In this document: positions 17,205 through 26,865 of the stretch, piece after piece
Numbering within the stretch: position 1 is the stretch's first letter
Layout of the letters: each line of letters starts with the position of its first letter
Origin: a virus
Virus record (IMG/VR): IMGVR_UViG_3300034022_000629
Span: 1 to 64,000 of that record
Strand: one strand, 5' to 3'
Length of the DNA stretch: 64,000 bases
The notes under the pieces: generated by a model
Database searches by the model: none
What the model saw: only the letters and a program-made list of their open reading frames with translations
What the model was told of the DNA's origin: nothing
Position numbers and translations under genes: made by a program

Positions 17205-19097
17205 TTAAAACTCTTCGAAGGGTAGTCTGATACCGTTGAATATATCTGTAACCCTTACTGGTAGTAACTCTTGGGTGATTTCAATACCGTTTATTTTAAC
17301 TGGAACTTTCTTCTTTTCTTTCCAATTAAGGGTTCCCCATCTTGAACATTGTTCTATTTTTTGAGATAACAGTAAAAGACCGTCTTCAAATGTTGATGGT
17401 GGTGAGGCGTTACAGAACGACCTTTGTTGAATACATTTACCTGATTGGATATCAAATTCACACGTTACCCTATCCATACCACTTTGATTTCTTAACGATA
17501 TTATTATGGATTTATCTTTATCAGAATAGGTTGCAACACAGTGATGCATAAACGCACCTTCTTCAATATAATCTTCTTCCCTTCTAAGAACGTAAGGGTA
17601 TAGTGTGTGTAATGATTCGTCATTTTCCAAACACTCTAAAGGTTTTTGTAAATCTTCTAAAACTTTATCTTCGTATTGATATTCAATGACCCAACCTTTT
17701 TTGATTGCTCCCATCATTTTGGTTAACTCTCTATGTTCGACGTGAAATTCGTCCATAGTTCTAGACTTCAAATAAATTGATGGGTCATATTCTCTCACCC
17801 TATCAATCATTCTTATGTGGTCATCAACCAACTGAATAAATCTTTCCGAAAGAGCACTATTAGAATCCATATAATTAAACGAGTTAACTATCTTTATAAG
17901 GTTTTCTTTTTCAATATCCTTTAAACCATATACCTTATTCATTTCCCTTAACATCACCGCTTTGGTTCCAACATCATTATAATCTCTAATTCCAAATTTA
18001 CGAGTCGACTTTTCAAATATCATTGGGTTTACATTTCCAATGTACTTTGCATAATCACTATCAAAGTAATGAATGAACTTACATAAACCATAAATGTCAA
18101 TGTTAGGATATTCGTGTAAAATTTTAATAGTTGCTTTAGTTTTAATACCTAACATATCCAAAACGGATGCCACTAATTTCCTATCATTCTTTTTTAAGAA
18201 CTTCTCTGTGGGATATAACTTAGTTAGGAGGTAATCATAATGACTGTTTGGTACTTTAATCTTTTTATTTTTAATGAATGCAGTCATTACATCATTAATG
18301 AAACTTTCTTGATTTGATGAGTATGAAATGCAACCTAAATCAAGACCTAAAGATTCCTGGATTTTTCTTGTAAATAAAGTATCATCAAAACTATTTTGAT
18401 AGTCGTTATATAATCTTGAGTAATCACCTATCCCCTTTGTTTTAATTGTGAGGAATGATGTGTTCTGAATTAAATTATGTAACGATTGGAAACTATTTGT
18501 TCTGAATACTTGTGAATTTTGTTTACCTCTAACAGTTTTAGTTAGGGTTGTAAAATTACCAGTAACCAAATTAAAAGTTAAAGACTGAACAATATAACTT
18601 TTTTTAAAGTAAATACAATTATAACTTCTGTGTTTATCTTGTCTATAAAGTTTAATTGTAATCTTATCTCCGTGTCTTCTGATTGACCTCTCAATTATGG
18701 TAACATTAATTTCAGAAAGTGGTCTACCGTAATGACTTTTAATTTGTCTATCCTTTGTTGTTTCAAAGGAACAATTACCTAACTTATTTTTCTTAACGTA
18801 GTAAGTTAAACGAAAGGTTTCTTGTACTGGTTCAGTTGTTGCAGCGTAAAACACCTTCTTCTTTTTCTTCTCAGGTAAGGAGACTATTTTACCTATGGGT
18901 TTTAAGACGTTAACTAAACGTTCAAGTTTTTTATTTGGGGCATCCCAATCAATTTCTAAACTATCTAAATCATCAATTAATGACTTGGATAATTCCCTTT
19001 TCTCATCTAATCTACAATAATCTTTAAATGGGGTTATCGTTGCGTATTGAAATTTTTCTCTTAAAATGTCTTCCATATCGTTAAGTTTAGGGTACAA
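17205..19097 (-). CDS. PcfJ-like domain protein (paralogue B, contains a conserved HCV motif)
   Basis: The C-terminal EEGAFMHHCVATYSDKDKSIIISLR matches the conserved HCV signature recalled for the PcfJ-like family; 630 aa. Confidence 0.5.
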   Translation of the reverse strand: MYPKLNDMEDILREKFQYATITPFKDYCRLDEKRELSKSLIDDLDSLEIDWDAPNKKLERLVNVLKPIGKIVSLPEKKKKKVFYAATTEPVQETFRLTYYVKKNKLGNCSFETTKDRQIKSHYGRPLSEINVTIIERSIRRHGDKITIKLYRQDKHRSYNCIYFKKSYIVQSLTFNLVTGNFTTLTKTVRGKQNSQVFRTNSFQSLHNLIQNTSFLTIKTKGIGDYSRLYNDYQNSFDDTLFTRKIQESLGLDLGCISYSSNQESFINDVMTAFIKNKKIKVPNSHYDYLLTKLYPTEKFLKKNDRKLVASVLDMLGIKTKATIKILHEYPNIDIYGLCKFIHYFDSDYAKYIGNVNPMIFEKSTRKFGIRDYNDVGTKAVMLREMNKVYGLKDIEKENLIKIVNSFNYMDSNSALSERFIQLVDDHIRMIDRVREYDPSIYLKSRTMDEFHVEHRELTKMMGAIKKGWVIEYQYEDKVLEDLQKPLECLENDESLHTLYPYVLRREEDYIEEGAFMHHCVATYSDKDKSIIISLRNQSGMDRVTCEFDIQSGKCIQQRSFCNASPPSTFEDGLLLLSQKIEQCSRWGTLNWKEKKKVPVKINGIEITQELLPVRVTDIFNGIRLPFEEF

Positions 19098-19146
19098 ATA
19101 TAGTAAAAAAAGTTAGGATATACGTATTTATATAAAAAAATATATT

Positions 19147-19275
19147 ATGGCGAAAGCAAAAGGTTCATCCACATCTCAAAAGGTTTCTTTTGGAAAAAAA
19201 GGTAAAGGTAAATATAAGAAAAATTTTGGTCCAAAAGCCCAAAAACCAAAGAGATACAGAGGTCAAGGTCGTTAA
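19147..19275 (+). CDS. 42-aa lysine-rich basic protein (MAKAKGSSTSQKVSFGKKGKGKYKKNFGPKAQKPKRYRGQGR)
   Basis: Hand-translated plus-strand ORF in a gap between minus-strand genes, preceded by a TATTTATATAAAAAAATATATT A/T box. Below the track cutoff. Confidence 0.3.
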   Translation: MAKAKGSSTSQKVSFGKKGKGKYKKNFGPKAQKPKRYRGQGR

Positions 19276-19751
19276 TTTAAACGACCCCCTCCTTTGTACG
19301 ATTTAATGTATCTTGGCTCATCAATACTACTGAGCTTGACATTCTCGTATCTGTTGGCTGCGTGGACAAAAATCCTATTACCTAAGTAAACCCCACAGTG
19401 CCAACCACTTGGACTTTGAGTACTTCTAAAATAGATAAGATCTCCCATTTGTAGACTATCTTTAGTAACCCTAGTTATTTGATACCATTGTTGGTAACAA
19501 ACATCCTTTAAATCAAGACCATACACATCTTTATACAATCTTTTATTGAATTGTGAACAATCAATACCCTTTTTAGTACTACCCCCTAATTTATATTTAA
19601 CACCTAACCAATTATTAATGAAATTACCTAAAGGTGGGTTATTTATTTGTAACCATTCTACATAATCTGCAAATTGATTTCGTTGTACTGTCTGTGCCAC
19701 CAACCCCCTAGAGATTAGCATTAGCGTTGTAATTAAAATAATTTTTCTCAT
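19272..19751 (-). CDS. secreted NlpC/P60 (C40) cell-wall peptidase
   Basis: Signal peptide (MRKIILITTLMLISRGLVAQ), then YKLGGSTKKGIDCSQF carrying the catalytic Cys and HCGVYLG carrying the His. Confidence 0.7.
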   Translation of the reverse strand: MRKIILITTLMLISRGLVAQTVQRNQFADYVEWLQINNPPLGNFINNWLGVKYKLGGSTKKGIDCSQFNKRLYKDVYGLDLKDVCYQQWYQITRVTKDSLQMGDLIYFRSTQSPSGWHCGVYLGNRIFVHAANRYENVKLSSIDEPRYIKSYKGGGRLN

Positions 19752-20056
19752 AATAACGATAATAAAATATACGATAGTTTATATCCCACAAACGCTCCCA
19801 ATGCGGATGGGATTGGAAAGACTATCAACTTTCCAAAGTCTGTAACATATTTGGGTCGATTAACAATCCTACCCATAAAAAAATAATAACAAAGATAACA
19901 TAAAAATACTGCAATGTCTGTACGTGTGGCAATAAACACTACTAATGTTGCACCCAAGAATCCAAATACAAAGTTATCTCTTACACCTTCCCAAACTTCT
20001 TTATTTGTGGCTTCTTTCCATTCTTTAATTATTTTCTTAGTTCTATTTTTTACCAT
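19748..20056 (-). CDS. small 2-3 TM membrane protein, holin candidate
   Basis: Lies immediately upstream of, and overlaps, the peptidase gene; hydrophobic core with charged termini. Confidence 0.35.
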   Translation of the reverse strand: MVKNRTKKIIKEWKEATNKEVWEGVRDNFVFGFLGATLVVFIATRTDIAVFLCYLCYYFFMGRIVNRPKYVTDFGKLIVFPIPSALGAFVGYKLSYILLSLL

Positions 20057-20171
20057 CGGACCTCCCTAACTCTTGTTGTAATTGTTGTATTCTTAGTTTA
20101 TCCCTTTGGGTTGAATCTTTCTTTGATTTTAATTCTAAAATCTCTTTAACGATTTCTTCTTTACTCATAAT

Positions 20172-21320
20172 TTAATTACTTAATGGTGCTTTTATTGACG
20201 GGTGATATTGGTAATTTTCTAATATTACATCTTTTTCTCCGAATGAAAATATACCATCCATAATGTGTACAGTTGGTAAATTAAATGGTTCTCTGTTTAT
20301 TTGTTCTTTAGCTTGTTCAATATGGTTCTTATATAAATGAACATCACCTAAATTACCTATTAATTCATCTGGTACCATACTCATTTCATCCGCAATCATC
20401 ATTAATAATAAACCATATGACGCAATGTTAAATGGTAAACCTAAAAATGTATCAACAGATCTTTGATTCCACATTAAGGATATTGCTCGTTTAGGTATAT
20501 TGTGTGATTGTAACTCTTCACTCAATCCCCCACCAAATGGAACTATATCATCAACCATTGATTTAAACCTTTCCTCACCAACTTTCTTCTTTAATAAGTC
20601 CCACATCTCTTCCCCAGTTAACTTTCTAGTGTAGACTTGAAAACCATAATGACAAGGCGGTAAAACCATTTGGTCTAACTCACCCACGTTCCAAGCACTT
20701 ACCATCAATCTTCTACTATCTGGATTTGTTTTAAGTTCATCAATTAGATTTTGAATTTGGTCTAAATAAATTGGGTCACCGTTATCGGATATGTCTTGTA
20801 ATCCACCCCATTTTCTCCATTGTTTACCATAAATTGGTCCGAGTTCTCCCCATTCCTTAGCAAACTCATCATCAATTTTGATAAGATTAATAAATTCTTC
20901 TTGAGTTAATGGTGTTAACATATCCGAATTACTGAACAGTATTTCAATGTGTGGTTGGATACCCATAATATCTCCACATTTATATCCATCAATAATCTCA
21001 TTAATCTTTTTAGAATAGTTTTTATAAGCATCACCATTCCAAATGCTACATCCATTCATCACTAGATACTTGATGTTAGTACTACCACTTAAAAACCAAA
21101 TCAACTCGGTTACCATAGTTTTCCAAGCCATTTTCTTAGTTGTTAATAATGGAAACCCCTGAGCCATTCTATGACGTATTTGTCTACCAAAAACTGAAAT
21201 GGTTCCAGTTCCAGTTCTATCCGTTTTAACAACTCCATTATCCAAAATATCTTGTAGTAAATCTTGATACTTCTTATCAATCGTATTCATCATATTAATT
21301 TTTTTCTTCTTCAATTTCAT
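20172..21320 (-). CDS. thyA: thymidylate synthase family enzyme (ThyA-like, dUMP-specific Asn) with two large insertions
   Basis: - RTGTGTISVFG motif present.
- GELGPIYGKQWR motif present.
- LPPCHYGFQVY carries the catalytic Cys.
- GLPFNIASYGLL carries the Asn that specifies dUMP.
- Length 382 aa against roughly 264-316 aa for a typical ThyA. Confidence 0.75.
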   Translation of the reverse strand: MKLKKKKINMMNTIDKKYQDLLQDILDNGVVKTDRTGTGTISVFGRQIRHRMAQGFPLLTTKKMAWKTMVTELIWFLSGSTNIKYLVMNGCSIWNGDAYKNYSKKINEIIDGYKCGDIMGIQPHIEILFSNSDMLTPLTQEEFINLIKIDDEFAKEWGELGPIYGKQWRKWGGLQDISDNGDPIYLDQIQNLIDELKTNPDSRRLMVSAWNVGELDQMVLPPCHYGFQVYTRKLTGEEMWDLLKKKVGEERFKSMVDDIVPFGGGLSEELQSHNIPKRAISLMWNQRSVDTFLGLPFNIASYGLLLMMIADEMSMVPDELIGNLGDVHLYKNHIEQAKEQINREPFNLPTVHIMDGIFSFGEKDVILENYQYHPSIKAPLSN

Positions 21321-21499
21321 ATCCTTCTTGGATTTGTACTCCCATCATATAGGTTAACCACCTGATTGTTAACCCCCAACAAGGTGACGTTATACCCGTT
21401 TCAAGGAACTCCGTTTTGTTATAAAAAAAAACTACCGTTGGTATTATGAACCAATGGTGCCTTTTATTATAAATAAAAAAGTCTTTGTAGTAAATTTTT

Positions 21500-21787
21500 T
21501 TACTCTTCATAGTCTCCAGTTGTTTTTCTTAATAATCTATCAACCTCATCTTCCTTTTCTCTCATCTCAATCACTCTGATGTAGTATGTATCAGGTGAGT
21601 TTGTTTCGGTTTTCATATTCTTATCAAACCACTTACTAAACCATTTACCTTTGTACGCTAGAACTTGACATCTGTCAGCAAATTCATTAGCGTCATCTTG
21701 GTCTAGTAGACCCTCGTCAACAAGTTTTGCAAGTACAATGTCTTTTACCTTGTTGTAATTTTCCATTTCTGAAGTTAAATCAATCAT
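21500..21787 (-). CDS. hypothetical protein
   Basis: 95-aa ORF. Confidence 0.35.
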   Translation of the reverse strand: MIDLTSEMENYNKVKDIVLAKLVDEGLLDQDDANEFADRCQVLAYKGKWFSKWFDKNMKTETNSPDTYYIRVIEMREKEDEVDRLLRKTTGDYEE

Positions 21788-21992
21788 TTTCTTTTAATTT
21801 ACTTAAACATTTATACAATATATGCGACTCTTCTAAAGTATATAATCCGCTTTGTTGACCGTAAGATATGGAGGCCTCTATTATTTGAATGGTGTCCTCT
21901 TTACTGATATTATCAATAAATGAATCGAATTCCTTTTTGCTCTTGAATTCTATTAATCCTCCGAATATATTTTCCATAATTAAAGTATACAA
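21780..21992 (-). CDS. hypothetical protein
   Basis: 70-aa ORF; first gene of the minus-strand block next to the divergent region at 21993-22024. Confidence 0.35.
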   Translation of the reverse strand: MYTLIMENIFGGLIEFKSKKEFDSFIDNISKEDTIQIIEASISYGQQSGLYTLEESHILYKCLSKLKEND

Positions 21993-22024
21993 AATTTAAA
22001 TCAAAATTCCAAATAATTATAGAT

Positions 22025-22390
22025 ATGAATGTTACAATAGGTGGTAAAATGTTCCCTGGTGAGTACTTAACAAGCCCAGAAGATATCCAAAAGGGTATGA
22101 TGGGTCGAGACTCTCTTGAGGGTTGTATGGTCTTTAAAATGGGTAAAGGTCACCATTCATTTTGGATGAAGAACTGTTTAATCCCATTGGATATTGTTTT
22201 TGTTCTAAACAACAGAGTAAGTGGTATTCATCACAATTGTCCCGCTCCGGATAGACATCGTATGAACCCACCAAAATATACAGGTCTTGGTGATCACGTT
22301 GTTGAGTTCCCAGGTGGAACCTGTAAAGATTTTAAGGTAGGAGATAAGGTCAACCTTTACCTTGGAACACCTCAGAATCCCATTAGATAA
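22025..22390 (+). CDS. DUF192 (COG1430)-like protein
   Basis: IPLDIVFVLNNRV and the overall size resemble the DUF192 family. Confidence 0.45.
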   Translation: MNVTIGGKMFPGEYLTSPEDIQKGMMGRDSLEGCMVFKMGKGHHSFWMKNCLIPLDIVFVLNNRVSGIHHNCPAPDRHRMNPPKYTGLGDHVVEFPGGTCKDFKVGDKVNLYLGTPQNPIR

Positions 22391-22497
22391 AATTATACCT
22401 CTTTCCATTGATTTTTTAAATTATTTTTGTTAACTTTTATAAAATATAAGTAATCAATAACAATAAAACAAACTATTTATAATTAAACATTAATACT

Positions 22498-22677
22498 ATG
22501 GGCTGCGGATGTAAAAAAAGAGCTGACGAACAACCTGTTCAAGAACAGACTCAAAACGTAACAATCAAATTAACTGAATCTAATACAGGTTCATCAACTA
22601 CCATTACCCAAACTCAAGAGGAGTTGGTAGAGAAAATTGTCGCTAAACTTAACGATTTAGAGGGCAATAACCAATAA
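22498..22677 (+). CDS. 59-aa protein with N-terminal MGCGCKK (possible lipid-anchoring motif) and a Thr/Gln-rich body
   Basis: Hand-translated; ends 2 nt before a strong terminator hairpin. Confidence 0.3.
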   Translation: MGCGCKKRADEQPVQEQTQNVTIKLTESNTGSSTTITQTQEELVEKIVAKLNDLEGNNQ

Positions 22678-22678
22678 T

Positions 22679-22718
22679 ATATCGGACAGGGAATATCGGA
22701 TTCTGTCCGATATTTTTT
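22679..22718 (+). terminator. rho-independent terminator (atatcggacag / ctgtccgatat stem plus T6)
   Basis: Perfect 11-bp stem with a 13-nt loop, followed by TTTTTT. Confidence 0.55.
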
Positions 22719-22750
22719 ACCTTATCTGTATATAAAATTTTATATATTAT

Positions 22751-22948
22751 ATGAAAGCGCAAACAAAATTAACGAGTGTGAATATCTTAGATGATGTTTA
22801 CAAAAAATTCAAAATTAAATCAATCGAAGGTTCAATTAACCTTCAAAAATTGGTTAATCGATCATTGGACCTTTACAATAAAGATGAAAAGTTCAGAGAC
22901 CTAATAAACGATCATAACGGATTAGCCGCTAGCGGTTCAAAGTTTTAA
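22751..22948 (+). CDS. small hypothetical protein
   Basis: 65 aa; immediately precedes the glycosyltransferase genes. Confidence 0.35.
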   Translation: MKAQTKLTSVNILDDVYKKFKIKSIEGSINLQKLVNRSLDLYNKDEKFRDLINDHNGLAASGSKF

Positions 22949-22952
22949 ATTA

Positions 22953-24308
22953 ATGAAGAAAAAAATATTACTTTTATCTGATGATTTAAGAATGACATCA
23001 GGTATTGCTACTATGTCCAAAGAAATCGTATTAGGTACCGTCCACAAATACGATTGGGTTCAGTTGGGTGCATCGATTAGTCACCCTGAAATTGGGAAGA
23101 TTGTTGATGTAAATGACGACATAAGAAAACGCACCGGAGTTGAAGATGCGAATTTAAAGATTATACCATACAATGGTTATGGGGATATCAATATGATTCG
23201 TAGATTGTTAGACGAAGAAAAACCAGATGCCATTCTTCATTTTACGGACCCACACTATTGGCAATGGTTATACGATAACGAACACGAGATAAGACAGCGT
23301 GTACCAATTTTATATTGGCACATTTGGGATGACTTACCAGATCCACAATACAATAGAGACTTCTATGAAAGTTGTGATTGGGTTGGTGGTATTTCAAAAC
23401 AAACATACGGTATTATTCATCGTGTTAGTAAAAGAACCGATAAGGTTACATTTAAACCTTTGGAAGATTGGCAGATAAGTTACGTTCCTCACGGTATTAA
23501 TCCAGATTTATTTAAACCGTTAGATACTATCAGTGAAGAAGTAACTAAATTTATTCACGGAGAAAAGAAATATGACTTTGTTCTATTTTACAACAGTAGA
23601 AACATTAGAAGGAAACAACCAAGTGACGTAATTTATTCATTTAAATTATTCTGTGATAGATTACCAAAAGAAAAGGCTGAAAAATGTTTATTGCTAATGC
23701 ACACATCTCCGGTTGATGAGAATGGTACAGACTTACCTGCAGTTATTAATGACCTTTGTCCTTATGATGTTAGATTCACGGGTATTAAATTAGAACAAGA
23801 TAAGCTAAATGAATTCTATAACATTGTTGATTGTACAATTAACATTGCAAACAATGAAGGATTTGGTTTAACGACGGCAGAATCTTTAATGTCGGGAACA
23901 CCAATCATTGTAAATGTTACTGGTGGGTTACAGGATCAATGTGGATTTGATTTTAGTGCCGATGATTATATTAGTGTCGGTACTTTACATAGTAAGGAAG
24001 AAAGAAGTCAAACAGCTCACGGTGAATGGGTTATTCCTGTTTGGCCATCGGCAATTAACTTAAATGGTTCAGTACCAACACCATACATTTTTGATGATAG
24101 GGTTAATGATATTGAAGTTGCTGATGCTATTATGAAAATGTATAAGTTTAGTAAAAAGAAGAGAAAAGAAAAAGGATTAAAAGGTAGAGAGTTTATGATT
24201 AACAATCTATCAAATAAAATAATGTGTGATAAACTGATTGAAGGTATTGATACCACAATGGAAAAATTCACACCAAGAAAAAGATTCGACACATATAAAG
24301 TAATATGA
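22953..24308 (+). CDS. GT-B glycosyltransferase (group 1 / GT4-like)
   Basis: NEGFGLTTAESLMSGTPII matches the GT4 E-x7-E motif. Confidence 0.6.
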   Translation: MKKKILLLSDDLRMTSGIATMSKEIVLGTVHKYDWVQLGASISHPEIGKIVDVNDDIRKRTGVEDANLKIIPYNGYGDINMIRRLLDEEKPDAILHFTDPHYWQWLYDNEHEIRQRVPILYWHIWDDLPDPQYNRDFYESCDWVGGISKQTYGIIHRVSKRTDKVTFKPLEDWQISYVPHGINPDLFKPLDTISEEVTKFIHGEKKYDFVLFYNSRNIRRKQPSDVIYSFKLFCDRLPKEKAEKCLLLMHTSPVDENGTDLPAVINDLCPYDVRFTGIKLEQDKLNEFYNIVDCTINIANNEGFGLTTAESLMSGTPIIVNVTGGLQDQCGFDFSADDYISVGTLHSKEERSQTAHGEWVIPVWPSAINLNGSVPTPYIFDDRVNDIEVADAIMKMYKFSKKKRKEKGLKGREFMINNLSNKIMCDKLIEGIDTTMEKFTPRKRFDTYKVI

Positions 24309-25561
24309 TTAAACCATTTTTATTATTTAGAGGACCAGTAAAAACAAGAAGCGGATATGGTGCACATTCAAGAGACTTACTTGAATCACTTTATAAGATG
24401 GACTTGTTTAATATTAAAATTGATAGTTGTTCTTGGGGAAGTACTCCATTAACCGCATTAGAAGAAGGGAATGAATTCCATAATTGGATTAATGAAAACA
24501 TCATTACCAACTTACCGGATCAACCAGAGATTTATGTACAAGTAACCGTACCAAATGAATTTCAAAGAGTTGGTAAATTTAATATAGGTGTGACCGCAGG
24601 TATTGAAACAACTGTGGCACCTAAAAATTGGGTGGATGGTTGTAATAGGATGGATCACATCATAACCACTTCAACATTTTCTAGAGACGTTTTATTACAA
24701 ACAGTTTATAATGAAACAGAAAATAATACTGGAAAATTAATTAAACAATTTAGAATTGAAAAACCCGTTTCAGTATTGTTTGAAGGTGTTGATACATCAA
24801 TATATAATAACAAATATAAAGGTATCGATGTCGATATTACGGAAGATTTTGCGTATCTTTTTGTTGGTCATTGGTTGAAAGGTGATACTGGTCAAGATCG
24901 TAAAGATGTTGGAATGTTGATTAGATGTTTCATTGAAGCATTTAAGGATGAAGAAGTAAAACCTGCGTTAGTTCTTAAAACGTCGTCAGCAACTTTCTCA
25001 GTTAGACAAAGAGAAGATTTTAGAAAGAAAATTGAGGATATTGTTAAGTTAAGTAAAACCGATACTCCTCCATCAATTTATCTTTTGTTTGGTGAATTAA
25101 CCAATGAGGAAATGAATGAGTTATATAATCATCCTAAAATAAAAGCAATGGTTTCAATAACAAAAGGTGAAGGATTTGGTAGACCGTTATTAGAATTTAC
25201 AATGACGGGTAAACCTGTGATAGCATCTAATTGGTCTGGACATAAAGACTTCTTACCTATGGAGAAAGCTATAATGGTTGGTGGTTCATTAACTGAAGTA
25301 CACGAAAGTGTGATAGATGATTTTATCATTAAGGGTTCCAAATGGTTCACAGCCAATTATAACGAGTTTACAGAAGTGATGAAAATTGTTATTAAAGATT
25401 ATGATAAGTTTTTGGAGAAGTCTGAATTGCTTAGAGAGTTTAACTCTGAAAACTTTACGTTGGATAATATGAAAAATAAGTTTGAATCTATTTTAAAACA
25501 AAATACAATTCAACCAAAAGAACATAAATTGGTTTTACCAAAACTCACAAAAGTTAACTAA
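24305..25561 (+). CDS. GT-B glycosyltransferase (group 1 / GT4-like)
   Basis: KGEGFGRPLLEFTMTGKPVIAS matches the E-x7-E motif. Confidence 0.6.
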   Translation: MIKPFLLFRGPVKTRSGYGAHSRDLLESLYKMDLFNIKIDSCSWGSTPLTALEEGNEFHNWINENIITNLPDQPEIYVQVTVPNEFQRVGKFNIGVTAGIETTVAPKNWVDGCNRMDHIITTSTFSRDVLLQTVYNETENNTGKLIKQFRIEKPVSVLFEGVDTSIYNNKYKGIDVDITEDFAYLFVGHWLKGDTGQDRKDVGMLIRCFIEAFKDEEVKPALVLKTSSATFSVRQREDFRKKIEDIVKLSKTDTPPSIYLLFGELTNEEMNELYNHPKIKAMVSITKGEGFGRPLLEFTMTGKPVIASNWSGHKDFLPMEKAIMVGGSLTEVHESVIDDFIIKGSKWFTANYNEFTEVMKIVIKDYDKFLEKSELLREFNSENFTLDNMKNKFESILKQNTIQPKEHKLVLPKLTKVN

Positions 25562-25812
25562 TGTCATTTAAATTTCTCACAGGTAACCAAGATATGTTTA
25601 CACATTTGGAACCCACCCAACTATTAACATTAAGACAACCAACAATGATTAACAATGTTGAATTTTGTTTTCAGTTTGGTGATAATGAACCCGTAGTATT
25701 TGCAACAGGACCTAATGAATGTCAAATTCGATTAAGTCCACAAACAGATGCTAATATTATGTTCACAGATAATCATAGACAGTTTAAATTATTTGCAAGA
25801 GAAAGACAATGA
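25561..25812 (+). CDS. hypothetical protein
   Basis: 83 aa; start overlaps the preceding stop (ATGA-type coupling at 25561). Confidence 0.35.
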   Translation: MSFKFLTGNQDMFTHLEPTQLLTLRQPTMINNVEFCFQFGDNEPVVFATGPNECQIRLSPQTDANIMFTDNHRQFKLFARERQ

Positions 25813-26018
25813 GAAAGTTTACCTTCTTTGTTGGTATTAGTAAACCAACACTAACCGCAACTTGGTCACCTGAATTCAATGATAATTTATTTACTAACCA
25901 CGGTATTGATGCTGAGGCGGAACTAACAAGAATAATGTCAGCAGAAATTGCAAGAACAATAGATGAAGATATAATAAGAACATTAACAAGAGAAATAAAC
26001 GGAGGATTAAGAGCCTAA
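25809..26018 (+). CDS. hypothetical protein
   Basis: 69 aa; 4-nt overlap with the upstream gene. Confidence 0.35.
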   Translation: MRKFTFFVGISKPTLTATWSPEFNDNLFTNHGIDAEAELTRIMSAEIARTIDEDIIRTLTREINGGLRA

Positions 26019-26019
26019 T

Positions 26020-26865
26020 ATGAAAATTTTAGTAACAGGAGGAGCAGGATTTATAGGAACTAATCTAATTAAGAGATTATTATTTGAAGGGCATAATGTA
26101 GAATCTATTGACAACTACGATAGTGGGTTAGTGTCCAATCACGTAGATGGGTGTAACTATCATACGGGAGATATAGAATCTATTGGTTTGATGGATAAAG
26201 ACTTTGATATGATATATCATTTAGCGGGACTAAGTAGAATCCAACCATCGTTTAAAAATCCAACAGAAACTTTCAGAGTTAATACTATAGGTACCGAGAG
26301 TGTTTGTTCATTTGCAAAGAAAATAAATGCTAAGGTTGTATATGCGGGTTCGTCGTCAAGATGGCACGACCCATTTCAATCACCATACGCTTGTTACAAA
26401 CATATGGGTGAAGAGATTTGTAAAATGTACAGAAAGGTTTATGATATAGACATTGAAATTGTTAGATTTTATAATGTTTACGGACCTAACGAAGTTGTTG
26501 ACGGTGATTGGGCCGCAGTTATTGGTATATGGAGAAGACAAGTTATTAATAAGGAACCAATTACTATTGTTGGTGACGGTAATCAAAGACGAGATTTCAC
26601 ACACGTTATTGATATAGTTGATGGTTTATATAGGGTTGGTACGAGTAACGAAAAACACGAAGACGCTTGGGAGTTAGGTACTGGAACCAATTATTCAATA
26701 CTTGAAGTCTATGAAATGTTTAAGGAAAAATTTGGGTGTGATAAGTTACACATTGAGAATCAGAAGGGTAACTATCGTATAACTTTGCGTGAAAATAACG
26801 ATGCAATCGACCGTTTAGGTTGGTCACCAGAAAATAGATTAAAAAATTATGTAGATAGTTTATGA
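26020..26865 (+). CDS. NAD-dependent sugar epimerase/dehydratase (short SDR, UDP-hexose 4-epimerase-like)
   Basis: N-terminal Rossmann motif ILVTGGAGFIG and a catalytic YACYK (YxxxK). Confidence 0.7.
   Translation: MKILVTGGAGFIGTNLIKRLLFEGHNVESIDNYDSGLVSNHVDGCNYHTGDIESIGLMDKDFDMIYHLAGLSRIQPSFKNPTETFRVNTIGTESVCSFAKKINAKVVYAGSSSRWHDPFQSPYACYKHMGEEICKMYRKVYDIDIEIVRFYNVYGPNEVVDGDWAAVIGIWRRQVINKEPITIVGDGNQRRDFTHVIDIVDGLYRVGTSNEKHEDAWELGTGTNYSILEVYEMFKEKFGCDKLHIENQKGNYRITLRENNDAIDRLGWSPENRLKNYVDSL

Noticed and set aside
21295-21510. 71-aa minus-strand ORF overlapping the ThyA start by 26 nt and the next gene by 11 nt
   Set aside because: It overlaps both neighbours and has no motif. It could be a real small gene with a later start, but there is not enough evidence to call it.
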